Below are positions 26,790-37,774 of a stretch of 63,032 bases of DNA, piece after piece. Origin of the DNA: a virus (taxonomy: Duplodnaviria; Caudoviricetes); IMG/VR virus record IMGVR_UViG_3300010373_000009, positions 1 to 63,032 of that record; one strand, written 5' to 3'. Position 1 is the stretch's first letter. Every line of letters starts with the position of its first letter. Made by a program: the position numbers and the translations under genes. A model generated the notes under the pieces. The model did no database searches, was not told where the DNA came from, and saw nothing but the letters and a program-made list of their open reading frames with translations.

Positions 26790-29404
26790 TTGCTACCTCC
26801 GAAGGCGCCGGCGCCCGGACCGGAATGGCCTTCGAGGCCGGTACCTGTCGAGATGTTCGTTGACCGTCCCTCTTCGATCTTTGCCGCCGCGATCTCCAGA
26901 GCGGTAGAGTTATCATCCTGGTTGATCTGCTGACGCGCGGCGATCTCCGCTTGCGTTCTCTGGTTTTGTCCCTGCTCTTGCAGGATCGTCTGGTGAAGCT
27001 CCGTCTGCTGCTGAGACTGTGAAATAGCCTGCTTGGTCTGATTCTCCTGCTGACTCTGCTGCGTCTGCGCTTGGGTCTTCTGCGCATCCGAACTCGCCTT
27101 GATCTGTGCCGTCTGCAACGCCGCGTGTGCGGGGTCCATCGGAGCCGGAGGCGCGAACTGCTGCAAGACCTGCTGTGCCTGCTGGATAACCGGAGGTAGC
27201 TGTTGCAGAGCGCGCATGGCCGTCTTGACCGCTACCGAGGACGCCGCAGCAAGTGTCTGGTCCATCTCTCTCTGGACTTCCTCGTCCGGCATGCCGGCAA
27301 GCTTTCCGATGTCCGTTCCAGCCATCCGCGAAGTTGTCGACTCGATAAACGAGACGTACCAGTAAACTATATGTTCCTTTAGGTGCTGGAGCATCTTCGG
27401 GATAAACGTCGGGGCGATGATCGAAAGGAAACCGAAATACGGGCTCGTAAGGAAGTCGAGGTGGACCTGAATATGCGCGAGATGGTCCTGCTGAGGGAAT
27501 GCGACGATAGGCTGACCGAGGGTCGCGGCGACGTTCTCGTTAACGGCATTGAGTTGCTTCGGTTCCGGTCGTGGCAGCAGCAGGTCTGTTGCGTTCGGGA
27601 GCTTCGAGCGCTCCAGGATCAGCTCTTCGACTTTGCGTAGATCGTAGAGCTGAGGCAATAGCTGAGCGCGCTGCGCAACTACCTGAATTTGGGCAAATCT
27701 CTGAACATCGGAGAAGACCTGCGGATCGGAGACCGGTATAACATCGGTCGGTCCCTCGTAATCCGAATGGTAAGCGAGCATTTCGCCGGTATCATCGAGA
27801 ATCTCATTATCCGTAATGTAGAGTCGATTGATACGATGCAGGACGCCGATTAGCCGGTCCATCGCCGAGTGCAACCGACCGTGAATGGCGGAGAGCACCT
27901 TTAGGCCCTGCTCTATCAGAGCGAGGGTTGTGCCTACTGGCATATCCGGACGGCCGTCCTCTTGCAAGTTCTCGAATGTCGTGCGGACAAGAGCCTCGCC
28001 CTGCTCGGTTAGGAAGCCGAGAAGCTCAAAGAGCATTGTCGACGGCGGGTTAAACGGAATCGGCATCATCAGCTTGCGGATGTCCGCATCGCCGGTCACA
28101 CTCCCCTCGATCTCCGTAACCTGACAGACGTTCAGGTCGAGGGTCTGGCCCGCCGCATTCGCGCCTTTTAGGCGCAACAGAGTTGGCAGGTTATTGACAT
28201 GCGCGGAATCGAGCAGCGCCCGCAGTGCCCCACTCGCCGATCCGGCAAGCGAGCCGGCGAGATGGATTAAGCCTACCGACTGCGCACCACGCCAGGGGAT
28301 AAACTCGAAGTCTACCATCCAGCACATGTTCGAACATTCCTTGTCCCCCTCTTCCCAATTGCGAATCAGGCGAACGATCTTGCGCGCATTCGGATCAATC
28401 TCGATCAGGTACGGCTTCGGCCCCTCCTCCGAGGGATCATTATTCGAAGTGTGCGAGAGTTCACCGGCAACTCGTATGTCCTCGTCATCGGTATTCTCGA
28501 TCTCTGCGAGAGCTTCGATAACGTAGATGATGCGAAGCCCATCCTCATTCTGGGGGGTTGGGTCCTTCCCCTCCACTTTGTCGGCAGCCTCCTTTGCCCC
28601 AGTCCTCTCTGGTTTCTGGGGAGGTGGCGTGCTATCGATCTTGCGGTAGTAACCCGACCGAACACGTGACTCGAACTCGGCTTGAGTGATGCGTTCGACG
28701 TAAGTGCGGCGCTCAGCGCTGTAAAAGTCACCCGCTGCCTCAGGGATGTAGACATCGTCAAGCGGGACGAAAGTTGGAACAGGACGACGTTTAGTAGAGT
28801 CATAGACGAGTCTCATGTACTGGCTGCCGCCGAGAGGCTGCTGAGATAACAGCTTCTCCAGTTGCGAGCGGAACTCCGGCATCTGAGTCCGGAATTGCCA
28901 GTTCATGTGCGCTACTTTCCGCTTCGCCTTCTCCGTTCGCCCGGGCGTGACCGTACCGACGATATCATCGCGAACGACACCGGTCGGAGGCATCAGCTCG
29001 CCGATCGTATGCGACTGATAGTAGACCGTCGCTTTTGTTAGCATCGGGTGGACGGCGGTCGAAGCGCCGACGAACGCCTCGCCCCCTGGGGCCTCGTCGC
29101 CTAGCCCCGTGCGTTTGATTCCCTCTTCGTACTTCTTATCACGCTCGGCGCGAGCCTGCTTATCCGCATCGATGCGCCGCAGGAGCTCGGTACAGAGCTT
29201 GTCGAGGTCTTCCTCGGGGATCGTCTCGGCGAGGTTGTCATAGAAGTCCTCTTCGCCGGGCGCCTCGTCGTCGGATTCCTCATCCTCCATCTGAACGATC
29301 GCTCCTCCGTCATCTGTATCAGTTACAGGCGAGTCGTCCTCGTCGTAATTCTCGATCGTATCCGCACCGACATCATCAGCATTAGCGGCCATGCTTTTCT
29401 CCAT
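26786..29404 (-). CDS. Portal protein
   Basis: 872 aa downstream of TerL, with acidic N-terminus, HPML..A, GLIHL.G, PVGTTLALIEQG, PVSDP and a Gln-rich C-terminal barrel. Confidence 0.85.
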   Translation of the reverse strand: MEKSMAANADDVGADTIENYDEDDSPVTDTDDGGAIVQMEDEESDDEAPGEEDFYDNLAETIPEEDLDKLCTELLRRIDADKQARAERDKKYEEGIKRTGLGDEAPGGEAFVGASTAVHPMLTKATVYYQSHTIGELMPPTGVVRDDIVGTVTPGRTEKAKRKVAHMNWQFRTQMPEFRSQLEKLLSQQPLGGSQYMRLVYDSTKRRPVPTFVPLDDVYIPEAAGDFYSAERRTYVERITQAEFESRVRSGYYRKIDSTPPPQKPERTGAKEAADKVEGKDPTPQNEDGLRIIYVIEALAEIENTDDEDIRVAGELSHTSNNDPSEEGPKPYLIEIDPNARKIVRLIRNWEEGDKECSNMCWMVDFEFIPWRGAQSVGLIHLAGSLAGSASGALRALLDSAHVNNLPTLLRLKGANAAGQTLDLNVCQVTEIEGSVTGDADIRKLMMPIPFNPPSTMLFELLGFLTEQGEALVRTTFENLQEDGRPDMPVGTTLALIEQGLKVLSAIHGRLHSAMDRLIGVLHRINRLYITDNEILDDTGEMLAYHSDYEGPTDVIPVSDPQVFSDVQRFAQIQVVAQRAQLLPQLYDLRKVEELILERSKLPNATDLLLPRPEPKQLNAVNENVAATLGQPIVAFPQQDHLAHIQVHLDFLTSPYFGFLSIIAPTFIPKMLQHLKEHIVYWYVSFIESTTSRMAGTDIGKLAGMPDEEVQREMDQTLAAASSVAVKTAMRALQQLPPVIQQAQQVLQQFAPPAPMDPAHAALQTAQIKASSDAQKTQAQTQQSQQENQTKQAISQSQQQTELHQTILQEQGQNQRTQAEIAARQQINQDDNSTALEIAAAKIEEGRSTNISTGTGLEGHSGPGAGAFGGSK

Positions 29405-29924
29405 AGAGCAGAGTTAGCCAACGCGAAAGCAACACTTCGGCCTGACCGCGATTAAACGCATACTCGCCTAGTCGGTAGATATCGTCCTTCGGCAAGTGCT
29501 CGACGGCGATATGGTGATGCGATCCGTTCCCGGCGTCGGTAAAACCAATCGTCTGCATCGGGACGAGGTTCCGAGTCGAGTTAAGGGTAACGAATACCAC
29601 TCTTCCATCAGGCAACTTGATGGCCACTTTAACCTCAGGCACGGTTGCGTCTCCGAGACTTCCTCGCAACAGCGTTCCTGGCTCGTGTTCGACGGCGCAG
29701 GTTAGCGAAGGCCCGAGTTTCAAACATTGCGACATTAGGATGGTACCCCTTTGCCGGCTGTCTCTTCCCATTGACGTCTGAATTCTTTCTGTGCATAGGC
29801 ATGTCGAATCTCCGATCGGACGAGATAGTCAAGGAATCGGCGCCTCTGATCTACGGTAGGCCCAGGCGGGTAAGTCACCTCGATATAAGGTGATGGACCT
29901 TTGCCTGTGTAACGAAAATGTTCT

Positions 29925-31535
29925 CTAGCCGTCATATGGGTTTCTGCGCCGCTCGGAGCGTAAGCGTTCGAGATGTTTATTAACCTGATCCTGCGGATTG
30001 ACCTTTGCGGTAAACCGGAACCCGAACCTATCCATCAGAAACCGAATCGCCTGTGTCCCTGTGTCGAGAAGATCGTCATGCTCTAGCGACCCCTCGCCGA
30101 CGTAGGAGCAGAACTGGGTAATGACCGGATCAGCCCAGCTCTTCGGCGTCCCCTCCCTACCCTTACGCTCCGACTCTAGTGCCCATACCCTACGCGCTGC
30201 GAAGCATGGGGATGCGGCATGCAGCCGGGACAGCTTATCCATCGCGCCCGGATTATAGCTCTCGGTAAGGATGTTCTCTACTGCGAGCATCTGGCGTAGG
30301 GAAATGCCTGATCCTTTCTCTTCGATCAGTAAGATATCAGCCTTCCGTCCCTGGTGAGAGGCTCTCTGGTGTTTCGGTATAACTACGGGGCGAAGGATCG
30401 GCTCGTCAGCGTCTCCGTAAGTGTAGTGTCGCTCGGTCCGGACGCGCGAGATCAGCGCCGGGAAGCCTAGATGCTCTTCCCAAGCATCGAGGAGCATCAC
30501 GTTATCTACTCTGTTATGTTCGAAGAGTCCCCAGACAGTGCAGGCTGTCGGGTCGCCGGTCTGTTCTTTCTTATCCCAAGTCTTTTCCGTGAACGCAGTA
30601 TCGAGCGAGTAGACGATAAAACGAAACTTTGGAAGAGACTTTCCCGCAGGCCAGAGCCGCCACTGCGATCGCTTGATAAATCCCGACTCCTCGGGGTCGA
30701 GGACTTCTCCCCACAGTTCTTGGCGTCCGATCGATGTGCCTTCGTACTTCGCAACGTTTTCATAGAAGGTCGTCGGCAGGTTATCCCGGTTTTCATACGT
30801 ACTACCTGTTATAACGATCGATCGTGGCAGCTTAACGAGTGTGCGGACGAAGGGCTTTGGCTTCGGCGTACCGGTCCAGAATAACTGGGGGTGGGGGCCG
30901 AGGCGCATGCCCATTATCAGGTTATCCCAAGCCTTCTCGGGATACCTCCACGATGCTACCTCGTCGCACCAGGCGCCCCAGCTCTGCGGGCCGCGCAAGC
31001 GCTCCGGCGTATCGGCCGAAAATCCGATTATCTGGGAGGGTTCCGATCCCGTATCAAGCTCGATCATCGGGTACGGAGATATCTTCTTCTGCCGTATCAA
31101 GTTAGTTGGGATGATCGAATAGAACTTCCCTTTCGGCCCGATCGTCCCGTGTCGATCCTCGTATGAGCCGTGGAGCCCCGTCGGCCCGTAGAAGCAGACT
31201 TTGATTAGATCCTCGTGAGTGGGAGCGATCACGAACCAAATAGAGCCAGGGTTATTCCAGGCTCTGCGCCAAATCCAGTTCGCGGCACAGAGTGTCTTGC
31301 CGAACCCACGACCCGACTTAACACCATAGAAGTCCCACGATAGATCGTCGGGCGGGAGCTGCTTCGCGCGGGCGAGCCTCTTCCACCTTAGCGCCGAGGC
31401 GAGCGCCGAGAGATCGTTTAGGGAGAGTGACTCTAACTTCTCGCGGTCAATTTGGACGGATGGCGATGTCGTCCGGGAGTGGAGCGTATTCCCAGACGGC
31501 GCGAGCGAAGTCGAGGTCTTCGAAGCCTTGGTCAC
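29925..31535 (-). CDS. terL: Terminase large subunit
   Basis: Walker A GRGFGKT, LRGPQ..GAWCDE Walker B, TGTP coupling motif. Nuclease SLDTA...D and HDDLLD. Confidence 0.95.
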   Translation of the reverse strand: MTKASKTSTSLAPSGNTLHSRTTSPSVQIDREKLESLSLNDLSALASALRWKRLARAKQLPPDDLSWDFYGVKSGRGFGKTLCAANWIWRRAWNNPGSIWFVIAPTHEDLIKVCFYGPTGLHGSYEDRHGTIGPKGKFYSIIPTNLIRQKKISPYPMIELDTGSEPSQIIGFSADTPERLRGPQSWGAWCDEVASWRYPEKAWDNLIMGMRLGPHPQLFWTGTPKPKPFVRTLVKLPRSIVITGSTYENRDNLPTTFYENVAKYEGTSIGRQELWGEVLDPEESGFIKRSQWRLWPAGKSLPKFRFIVYSLDTAFTEKTWDKKEQTGDPTACTVWGLFEHNRVDNVMLLDAWEEHLGFPALISRVRTERHYTYGDADEPILRPVVIPKHQRASHQGRKADILLIEEKGSGISLRQMLAVENILTESYNPGAMDKLSRLHAASPCFAARRVWALESERKGREGTPKSWADPVITQFCSYVGEGSLEHDDLLDTGTQAIRFLMDRFGFRFTAKVNPQDQVNKHLERLRSERRRNPYDG

Positions 31536-31767
31536 GGAACGCCTGCCGTGTTAGTTCGCAAGTCTCGGGATCGAGCACCGTTGTCGGATGCCCGATCTCG
31601 CGCGCATGTGGCTCGCAGAGATAGAGAAAGATGCTTATACGCGCGATCTGGTGTGGCTTGCCGCACTCGGCACAGACCGGACTCGGAGCGATGATTGTCA
31701 TATCGATCCGTGCGAGGCATTCGCAGCCGATGCGGTCGCAGGTAGCAGCGTGGGGGTCTTTGTACAT
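31447..31767 (-). CDS. Cys-rich hypothetical protein
   Basis: 106 aa with CxxxxCxC, CxxC and CxxH. Confidence 0.5.
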   Translation of the reverse strand: MYKDPHAATCDRIGCECLARIDMTIIAPSPVCAECGKPHQIARISIFLYLCEPHAREIGHPTTVLDPETCELTRQAFRDQGFEDLDFARAVWEYAPLPDDIAIRPN

Positions 31768-31936
31768 TCGAGGTCTCGCGAGTGCGAGGGGGCGCGGACG
31801 CTCGAGGATTTACGTCAGCGCCCCCTCTACCGTGCCGGACCGGGGGAGCGGTCGAGAGGCCGGGAGAGAGTAGCTTACTGTTTTCTTGGCAGCAACTTTT
31901 CACGGCTTCGTACCAACAGCCAAACCTCTCGGGCCT

Positions 31937-32563
31937 TTACTGGGTTGATCCTGCGGACGTGCCGCCACGCTTTCGCGCGGAGTTTCCTTTCTTGCGCGAC
32001 GAGCCAGTCATCTCTTTCTCCGGTGTAACGCATGGCTGGTAAGCGATCTTATAGTTATCGACGAGCTGTTGCAAAAGACCAAGCATGCGCTCCCAGTTAT
32101 CAGACGCCGGCTCTCTTGATAGCGTCATCATCGGGTTAGCGTCCTTCTCTGCTAGCTCTAACACCGCCCCAGTTAACATCTCGACACGGGTCGCGATCTT
32201 CTCTAGTGCAGCGGCGATCCGCTCGGCGACTTCCTCATACGCCGGTGTTAGCTTCGGAATGTCTGCCCCGTTAGGCTTGACAGCCGCGTTTCCTGCGGGC
32301 GGTTTCGGCTTGTCATCGTAGACGGCGCGACGGGTCGCGAGGTCCCAGCGGTCGGCAATCTCCTCCTCTGTGCGGTTAACCGGCACATACGCCGGCCCCT
32401 TCGGCTGCGGTCTACACGCCGGACAAGGGACACTACACCATTGCATCTTAACACCGGGCCTTGCACCGTCATGCGTGCCGTGTCCGGCGACGCGCAGCCC
32501 GGGAACTAAGCCATTGCGGCATTCTGGGTTGATACAATTAGCCATTTTACGGACACTCCCCAT
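31937..32563 (-). CDS. Hypothetical protein with N-terminal Zn-finger-like Cys pairs
   Basis: CINPEC...PCPAC followed by a coiled coil. Confidence 0.55.
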   Translation of the reverse strand: MGSVRKMANCINPECRNGLVPGLRVAGHGTHDGARPGVKMQWCSVPCPACRPQPKGPAYVPVNRTEEEIADRWDLATRRAVYDDKPKPPAGNAAVKPNGADIPKLTPAYEEVAERIAAALEKIATRVEMLTGAVLELAEKDANPMMTLSREPASDNWERMLGLLQQLVDNYKIAYQPCVTPEKEMTGSSRKKGNSARKRGGTSAGSTQ

Positions 32564-32689
32564 TTCGAGTTAGAAACAAAGCGGCCTCGGCGCGAGTCGG
32601 CATACAAAGCTGATCGACCTCGCAGAGCCAAATCGCCCAAGCGTCTCGGATAAGCGCCCGCCAGTATATCTCTCTGAGGTTAATGTCCA

Positions 32690-33199
32690 TCAGTCGATTC
32701 TCGGCACGGGAGCGCATTCGGTTTTGTGAGGCACACGGGACCAGTCGCAATCTGGGACTGCTACTCGCGTTCGAATATCGCAGAAGACCCAGCGACCGTT
32801 CTTGACGCGCTCCTCGCTAATGCGGGAGCCGGGAGCGAACCGCCAATATAACACCGGCTTGGCCCGTTCGAGGACACCACCGCACTTCTCGATATGCTCG
32901 CGATCGGGGAACTGACACCAGATCGTGTAGAAGGAACCCCAGAGCGCGGTGCGCAGGAGCCCTGGAGTATCCTGCTTGCCGTCGAGCTTCGCACGCCACA
33001 TCAGAGTAATGTAACGGTACGGCTCGTGTAGCTCCTCCCAAGCCTGCCTCTGTGCGGGTGTCATACGCATGCCGAGACGTTCGGGACTCGGCCGCGCGAA
33101 CGGGCCGTAATGACCCTCTCGACAATCGAACACCGATTCGATGCGTTCTAACAGATCGGCCATCGTCATCGGACTTAGATCGGCAAACTCTTTCTTCAT
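32690..33199 (-). CDS. Hypothetical protein
   Basis: 169-aa ORF with GAGG RBS, on the operon strand. Confidence 0.6.
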   Translation of the reverse strand: MKKEFADLSPMTMADLLERIESVFDCREGHYGPFARPSPERLGMRMTPAQRQAWEELHEPYRYITLMWRAKLDGKQDTPGLLRTALWGSFYTIWCQFPDREHIEKCGGVLERAKPVLYWRFAPGSRISEERVKNGRWVFCDIRTRVAVPDCDWSRVPHKTECAPVPRID

Positions 33200-33806
33200 T
33201 CGAAGAACCTCAGGCGATCGTACTTAACAACGCGCGGGGTTAGTCCTAAACCATCGTCAACTAAGACTTTCCACTTGCGCGTATCGACTTCGCCAAATTG
33301 ATAGACGTGTAGGACTCGTGCATGAAAGATGCGGTCTTTATAGCCCTTGCTCTCGAATATCACCCGATCGCCGCGCATTATCAGGTTGTTGCTGCTGTAT
33401 CTTAATGGCATCGATGAGCTCTCGTAACAGTACATTCGTCTGGCGTAACTCTTCCCATAGTCCGGGACGCGATCTCGGCTCGTATAACATACGCGCCTCG
33501 TACTCGGAGAGGAAGGTTGTTAGATCGTCGCCCACCGCTTAGACATATCGGCCGGTTACCAGTACATAGAAAGAGTACAGCATCGCGCCGACGGAGATGA
33601 TCTCGCCGATCGTTACGGCGATCTCGGTATAACGTTTCATAGGCGCCTGCCGCCGTCACGCTTGCAGACATACTCATCGAGATGTCGTTCGTGTCGTGCT
33701 ATCGGGTCATACGCTTGACGACGTGCCGCATTAATCCTCTCGCGGTGTCGCTCCCGATACCGACGTGAGCGCTCTGCGGCTGCCCGTCGCTTCTGTTGCC
33801 TGCGAG

Positions 33807-34193
33807 TCATCGACCGGACTTCCCACGCTCATGCGCTTCGAGTTCGCGCAAGTCATTCGCCGCGTCACTAACACCGTGCCAGTCGCTTAGCGCGACCTTT
33901 GCCTGTAGGTATTCGATCAGCCGGCGCCGATGCTCCGCGTATGTTAGCGGTTGATTTATGGCCTCGCTCGGCTGCGGATGAAAGCTAACTTCGTCAGGCG
34001 TTGGGTGATAGTAATTCTTAACGCTCATCGTAGCGGTGTCGAAGTCGGCTGGTGCGTGTTCTTGCTGCTTGCGCGCCTGATCGGCGCTGCAAACTTCACA
34101 GAGCCCAGGTCCGCCGCACCGCGCTTTTACTCCGTCAGCACGTGGGTAAACGTGCCCGTGGCCGGTGTTAGACTGCTCATCGCTCGTTGTCAT
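33807..34193 (-). CDS. Hypothetical protein with GHGHV..R.DG..ARCGGP..C..C motif
   Basis: His/Cys putative metal-binding motif. Overlaps the TerS stop. Confidence 0.65.
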   Translation of the reverse strand: MTTSDEQSNTGHGHVYPRADGVKARCGGPGLCEVCSADQARKQQEHAPADFDTATMSVKNYYHPTPDEVSFHPQPSEAINQPLTYAEHRRRLIEYLQAKVALSDWHGVSDAANDLRELEAHERGKSGR

Positions 34194-34743
34194 CTTTGCG
34201 TTCTACCTCGTTATCTGGTTTCGGAGTAACAAGACTTAGGATCGAGTCTATCAACTCCTTTCGGACCGAATGCTCAAGCGTTACGGGCTTGTCTTTATCC
34301 CCTGCGACGGTCGCGCGCTCGCCCCACTCCTCGCGCTTGCGGTTATAGATCCAAGCCTTCTGCGCGGCTGTATCTGGGAGTCGCTGACGTTTGACTACTC
34401 TAACGATAGCGTCTTTGCCGGCGACCTGCTCTTCTTCATATTCGAAGCCAACGGCATTCTTATACATTGCGAAGAGAACATCACCATCAACCTTCAGTCG
34501 GCCTTTCTCTATCCATTCATCGAGCGAGGGATAAGCCTTTCGCCATTTCTCCATTGTGCCTTTCGGCACTCCGCATAACAGTTCCATCTCCGCATCGCTC
34601 GCGCCTTTCGCGGCTAACATGCGGACCAGATGCTCTTCGTTCGGGAGAAAAACGGCTGTCGACTTCGCACCGATTGGCATGCGACCCGCCGTATATGGAA
34701 TACGGATCTTTCTCTGGGGTTTCCGTGTCCGGCGAGCAGGCAT
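34177..34743 (-). CDS. terS: Terminase small subunit (HTH type)
   Basis: HTH (GASDAEMELLCGVPKGTMEKWRK), A.GFEYEE and PDTAAQKAWIYNRK..EW. First gene of the late arm, with AGGAG RBS. Confidence 0.75.
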   Translation of the reverse strand: MPARRTRKPQRKIRIPYTAGRMPIGAKSTAVFLPNEEHLVRMLAAKGASDAEMELLCGVPKGTMEKWRKAYPSLDEWIEKGRLKVDGDVLFAMYKNAVGFEYEEEQVAGKDAIVRVVKRQRLPDTAAQKAWIYNRKREEWGERATVAGDKDKPVTLEHSVRKELIDSILSLVTPKPDNEVERKDDNER

Positions 34744-34749
34744 GAAAAC

Positions 34750-35820
34750 TAACTCCTAACTGGAATTGGAGTGCCCGCTCGGTCGTTCCCGATCGCCTAC
34801 TATGCGCTGTGCCTTCGGCGAGCTTACACGGGCACGGTCGCACTCTAGCGCCGTCTCGCCGCGTAATGCAACAAGTCAGTACACATCCCCTACGGTACTG
34901 TCCCTTCCGGTATAGACCTTCTCTGGGTGTTCGATCACGGTCAAGGTATATATACCTGCGACGAAGCAACAATCATTCGATGGGAACTAACACCTAACAA
35001 TTTCATACGCTATAAGCCAACCGCGGAAATGAACACTTGCCGAACACTGGGCGCAATCGCGATGAAACTTGATAAAAATAGCCTGAATACTTGATTCGTG
35101 TACTGAAACCACGAGTACACCACCCCTCTGATTGCGTAAGTCCTTAATTTTCTTATATATATATAATAGTGGAGTGGAGTGGACTTCTCTCTCTTATATA
35201 AGAAGGCAGGCGCGCGAAGAGATCAAATATAGTTCTAGTTTTCAAACTCTATCCCCCCTTAATGCGTACACGGGTACACTTTTCAGTAAATTTCCCTGCA
35301 AAATCCGAGAGTTACGCGCGCTGGACTTGATTTACCACGTTAGACACTTGCCTATTTCAAGTCCGGATTTTCCTAATAGAATCCGAGGCTTACGCGATGT
35401 CCTGCATATGAGGTGGCTGCAAGTCCTTCAAATCCTTAGATTATTTCTCATTATCAGCGGTTAGATCGGCCCTCTCGGGATATATCCCTCAGCTGATAGT
35501 AGGATATATCCCTCAGTCATTATGTGAAATAAAGCCCCCCGCGCGGCTACTCTAGTCAAGCATTTCCAGCAAGTGTCGGATTATTTTACAGCGAGATCAG
35601 GCGTTTTCGGACTATATCCCGCAAAACCGTCCTTTTAGCGTCGGATTCCTTTACATTTTCACCCGGCTCGCGGGAGCGTTACGCAGCAAATTCAGAGACT
35701 TAGCACTTTGGCACGCTATTCGCAGTATCCCTAGCGAGGCCGGCGCAGTAGTAGGGCCGGATACTTCAGAGTAGTCTAGCTCGCGGGGATAGCCCGCAGC
35801 ATTACGTAAAATCGAGGAGA
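34750..35820. promoter_or_regulatory. AT-rich divergent control region (candidate promoters, origin or packaging site)
   Basis: About 1 kb without a convincing gene, between divergent arms. TATATATATA tracts, direct and inverted repeats. Confidence 0.65.
35478..35516. repeat. Direct repeat GGATATATCCCTCAG x2 containing the palindrome GGATATATCC
   Basis: Copies at 35478-35492 and 35502-35516, and a degenerate GGACTATATCCC at about 35609. Confidence 0.85.
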
Positions 35821-35827
35821 ATCGAGT

Positions 35828-36325
35828 ATGCCGAAGACCAAGCAGGCCGCGCCCGTCGCCGGCCTTACCAGCGAACAGACGGCCCGCATGGCCTCCCTTA
35901 AGGCCAAGCAGGCGAAGGAAAAGCTCTCCGCCGACGAGACCGGGGAGCTTGCCGACCTCGGCCGTATCGCCTACGTCGCGGAGAAGCAGGCTCAGAGGTC
36001 AGCGACTCCGAAGGCCGCGCCTGCAAAGAAAGCCCCCCGCCGGATCGCGAAGGCGAGCAACAAAGCTCCCGCGAAGAAGGGCGCGAAGGAAGGTAGCCGG
36101 GGCAGCGCAAACGAGGCAGCGGATGGTCGCATTCCGCTTAAGGCGATCTGCCAGAAGCTTGATATCGACCCGAAGCGTGCGCGCGTCGTCCTTCGTCGGC
36201 GGCTGCGGGCCGGCGAGCTTGCCGGGGGTACACACGAGATAGGCGGCGGGCGCTGGAATCTAACTCCCGCGAAGGCCGAACTCGTCCGCGAGACGCTTAA
36301 GACGTTCCTCCGCGAGCAGGCGTAG
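35828..36325 (+). CDS. Basic Ala/Lys-rich protein with C-terminal HTH-like domain
   Basis: First early gene, GAGGAG RBS. PAKKAP repeats and LKAICQKLDIDPKRARVVLRR. Confidence 0.75.
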   Translation: MPKTKQAAPVAGLTSEQTARMASLKAKQAKEKLSADETGELADLGRIAYVAEKQAQRSATPKAAPAKKAPRRIAKASNKAPAKKGAKEGSRGSANEAADGRIPLKAICQKLDIDPKRARVVLRRRLRAGELAGGTHEIGGGRWNLTPAKAELVRETLKTFLREQA

Positions 36326-36621
36326 GACGCACCGCACTGCATCTCCTCCGCGCACGGAAGCGCGGGGCAGGTGCAGGACCGTGCGCCTTACGCGCCTATC
36401 GGGAGGTTTTCCATGCATATCCGAGACCGGGTCACTTATATAATGAAACTCCGCGCCGAAGTAGAACGCCAGCTGCGGGGTATCTACCTAACTTATACGA
36501 TACCGACCGAAAGCCCTACGGAATCCGACCTAGCCGCCTACGTGCAAGCTGCGATGCTCTCCGAGCAGGCAGACGCGGTCCGAGAGTCGGGGCCGGCTTA
36601 GCCGTCGCGCGCAACCGAGGG

Positions 36622-36652
36622 GCCCGGCAAGCTTCCGTGCTGCCGGGCTTTT
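36622..36652 (+). terminator. Rho-independent terminator
   Basis: GCCCGGCA-loop-TGCCGGGC followed by TTTT. Confidence 0.65.
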
Positions 36653-36676
36653 CACCTTTCCGGGGTTTCACTTAAT

Positions 36677-37123
36677 ATGACAGCTTCTAAACGTACCCGC
36701 GCACGCATGCGCGGACCCTACCTTCTGACCGAGCCGGGGCTGATATCCCCCGGAGCGCGTATAACGTCCGCAGTCCTTGCTCCTAGCCCGGGCAGGGGAG
36801 CGAAGGCGGGTAACCGTCCGAAATGGCCAACAGGCCCGCTGGAGGAAGCTCTCCAGCTTATCTCTGACGCACGGCTGCGCATGCGCGACGCGCTCCCCTC
36901 CGCCCGCCGTCGCGCACGCGGGGAGCTATGCGCCGCCGTTGCGATCCTCTCCGAGGTAATCGCCTCTATCGATCCGGCGCCGAAGCGTCGCACGAAAAAA
37001 CCGAAAACCACGCGCAGTGCCCAACCGGTGCGCCGCCTAACTGCCCGCGAGCTAGAGTTAAATGGCGTTCCCGAAGGTGACGAAGCGCTCGAAGCCTTCG
37101 CACGGGAGATTGCTGATGAATAA
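36677..37123 (+). CDS. Hypothetical early protein
   Basis: 148-aa ORF in the plus-strand early run. Confidence 0.55.
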   Translation: MTASKRTRARMRGPYLLTEPGLISPGARITSAVLAPSPGRGAKAGNRPKWPTGPLEEALQLISDARLRMRDALPSARRRARGELCAAVAILSEVIASIDPAPKRRTKKPKTTRSAQPVRRLTARELELNGVPEGDEALEAFAREIADE

Positions 37124-37307
37124 CCTATTTACCCTTGCACAGCTCCGCGAGATGGATCACGAGTACCAAGGCGGCTGCCTCTACTGCGGTGCGGTACGCG
37201 ACTGCTGCGAGCCGGACGCACGCGCCTACGATTGCGAGGAGTGCGGGCGCAAGGGTGTTTACGGAGCGGCGGAGATTATACTGATGGGGAGAGTAAAAGA
37301 TGGCTAG
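37116..37307 (+). CDS. Small Zn-finger protein
   Basis: MNNLF...GCLYCG...EPDA..YDCEECG..GVYG. GGGAG RBS before the internal ATG. Confidence 0.7.
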   Translation: MNNLFTLAQLREMDHEYQGGCLYCGAVRDCCEPDARAYDCEECGRKGVYGAAEIILMGRVKDG

Positions 37308-37774
37308 AGGTCGTTATGTTAGGAGAATCGGTAATGAATAGCAATGGTTATGATAGCCGCCGCACTTGGCGGCAACAGCTGCGCCGCAAGCTCTATCGGC
37401 TTAAGCAGCGCGCGAAGAGTCGCGGCCGGGCGCCCGATCCGTCGCGCGTCGCGTTTCTCGAAAACCGCATCCGGGAGACCCGCCGTGTCTAATCGGCGCA
37501 CGAAAGCCACCGAGGCGCGCCGGCTCGCAGACGTTGCAATGCAGCGCATGCGCGAGCGTGCGAAGCAATCACGCGCCGAAGAGACGGACCCGGTAGAGGC
37601 CGCAGCCTACGCCTTGATAGAGCGGCTAGGGTGGGATTGGTTTGATACGGAATCTAGCGCGCGAGCGGTCGCACGGGCGGCAGCGCGCGACATACTAGCC
37701 CTACGGAAAGAGCTAGAGGAATTACGCCAAGGTGGCTTTCGAGTTCGCACGCAACTAACTAACACGAAGGGTGA

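Noticed and set aside
35132-35464. 110-aa ORF in the AT-rich region
   Set aside because: TTG start, atypical composition, and it overlaps the repeat motifs. More likely non-coding.
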